Under the pieces are notes generated by a model. The model was not told where the DNA came from and searched no databases. It was given only the letters and a program-made list of their open reading frames with translations. A stretch of 64,000 bases of DNA from Iphione sp. A-MEVVRFRX5 (taxonomy: Eukaryota), in NCBI GenBank assembly GCA_976226885.1, contig OZ320318.1, forward strand, positions 38,068,001 through 38,132,000, written 5' to 3'. Position numbers and translations under genes: made by a program. Positions 62,384 through 64,000 of this stretch are shown piece by piece. Each line of letters starts with the position of its first letter. Within the stretch, counting starts at the first letter, position 1.

Positions 62384-63471
62384 CAGGGTCTCCCCACTGC
62401 ACAGGGAAAACAGGGAAAATCACCAAAAAAAAGTTCCCTGTCCAGGAAAAGACAGGGAATTTAGAAATTTGTCGCAAACACAGGAAAACATAGGGGAGAA
62501 AAATTCTAAAAATAAAAAAAAAATTTCCCCCCCTGAAGACCGTTTCAACATCATTGGTTAGAATTACATCCATATGTTTTCAAATAGTATAGAATTCATG
62601 AGTGAAGTACTTTATGGCAGTCATAAACATTAACTGCTTCTGTTTTCCTGCCATAAACATTAACTGCTTCTGTTTTCCTTTAGACCATTTCTGTCTATCA
62701 ATGAAATTTCTAGAATTTATATATGGAACCAACATAACATTTTGAGAGACAACTAAGGACAAGTTCATAAACAATTGTGTAGATAGCAGCTGTGGTAACT
62801 GAGAAAGAATGGCTAATTGCAATTTTGATGTAATGCTTTTATTAATGAAACATTGAACTTATATAAGCTTTTACCTTTTGAAGAACATTTTGGCTACTGG
62901 TGGTTTCGTGAAATAATATAAACCTTTATGTGTATTCATAGCTACTGGTCTTTCATTAATTATGTATGCATCAAGGGAAAGGAGAAGCTTTAATATATTT
63001 TCAATGCGTATGACATGTAGGTTGGGATGTCCCCTACTTTCTGGGCAAACTAATTTGTAACCAAACCAGCCTGCAACCACACGTTAGAGTCATATAATAT
63101 TTTATTATTATAATGTGACCAGAGGTGTTAGCTCAACCCTTCAGATGGTCAAGCATACGAGTTCAAGGGTTATTCATTGTCTATATGGAGGCATAGGACC
63201 TACTATAAAATTCATGCAAATTTGAAAAACAGTGAAATTCATGCACATTTTGCCAAAAATCTAGAATAAATTAATAAATTTTTCAATAAATACTAACTTG
63301 TAATAGAAAACATATTACGTGCTAGAGATACAACAAACAATAATGATTTGATAATCAAAGCCCTGTCATGTAAATTTGCACAGAATACAACACATGGAAA
63401 ACGGACACAGCACAGGGACAACTCATGGAAAACACAGGGAATTTGAAAATGACATTTGAGTGGGGATCCTG
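62384..63471. mobile_element. Non-autonomous hAT-like element with a 5-bp target-site duplication
   Basis: TIRs CAGGGTCTCCCCACT and AGTGGGGATCCTG, subterminal (C)AGGGAAAAC repeats, and TTATG duplicated at 62379-62383 and 63472-63476. Confidence 0.82.
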
Positions 63472-64000
63472 TTATGCCAATTTGACTCTTTTGCTAACAT
63501 ACCCACCAATATACATACCTTATTTGACAATGCACTCACATGCATACACATACACTCACCAATACCCCCTTTCTACCCGTACCACAGATCATGCAGTCAT
63601 CAGAGCTGTTTTGAGTGTGGGGGACAATAGAACTCGCAGGTCAGTGCTTTACTGAACACTGCCTGGAATAGTGAGTTTAGCTATTGGAGCCAGTGCTTCC
63701 TTATAATAGAATACTGTTTTCAGGTGGAGAAATTTCAATCTGTATTCACAGCACCGACTGAAAACCGGTTTACCTGTTTAAGAGATTATATAATGTAAGC
63801 ATCTGAAGTTATAAATGAGACCCTGTGCTCTTATCTGTCGAAGTGTCTCTATGGATTCACCTATGTGGTATTTATCGACTGAAACACCTATGATATTTGC
63901 ACCTTCTTTGGGTTCTTTGGGCTGCACTTCATCTTGTACCAGGTTTTGCCGGGACTTGTCACAGATTAAAGCCTGCCCCTCGGTGGAACTACGCAAAAGG

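Overview
This is metazoan (probably bilaterian invertebrate) genomic DNA with two assembly gaps. I found no prokaryotic genes, rRNA, tRNA or CRISPR array. The first 13 kb is a transposon nest. It starts with a Ty3/Gypsy gag broken by one premature stop and a decayed tyrosine-recombinase retroelement relic. These are followed by a piggyBac element with TTAA-CCCTAT ends and two GT-AG introns. An apparently intact pogo/Tigger element (7630-10981, TA duplication, 530-aa ORF) has inserted into a piggyBac exon. Removing it restores the piggyBac LSTIH motif and gives about 597 aa. The pogo element has an odd layout: its roughly 52% GC ORF is almost free of CpG (3 counted by eye), while its promoter and 5'UTR are CpG-dense tandem arrays (94-bp and 21-bp units) on either side of a TATA/Inr pair. 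A decayed relative of the same pogo family lies at 41-42.9 kb. From 22 to 34 kb there are CpG-rich islands that look non-coding and carry homeodomain/TALE-type motifs. A CRE/E-box/AP-1 promoter with a candidate first exon sits at 48.6-48.9 kb. At 59331-59452 there is a convincing coding exon for a hydrophobic peptide that the ORF track missed. The rest includes a DIRS-like ORF1 relic, a CR1/L2 RT fragment, MITEs and a 5-bp-TSD hAT-like insertion whose empty site is visible in a paralogous repeat. All family assignments are from motif recognition; no database search was run.
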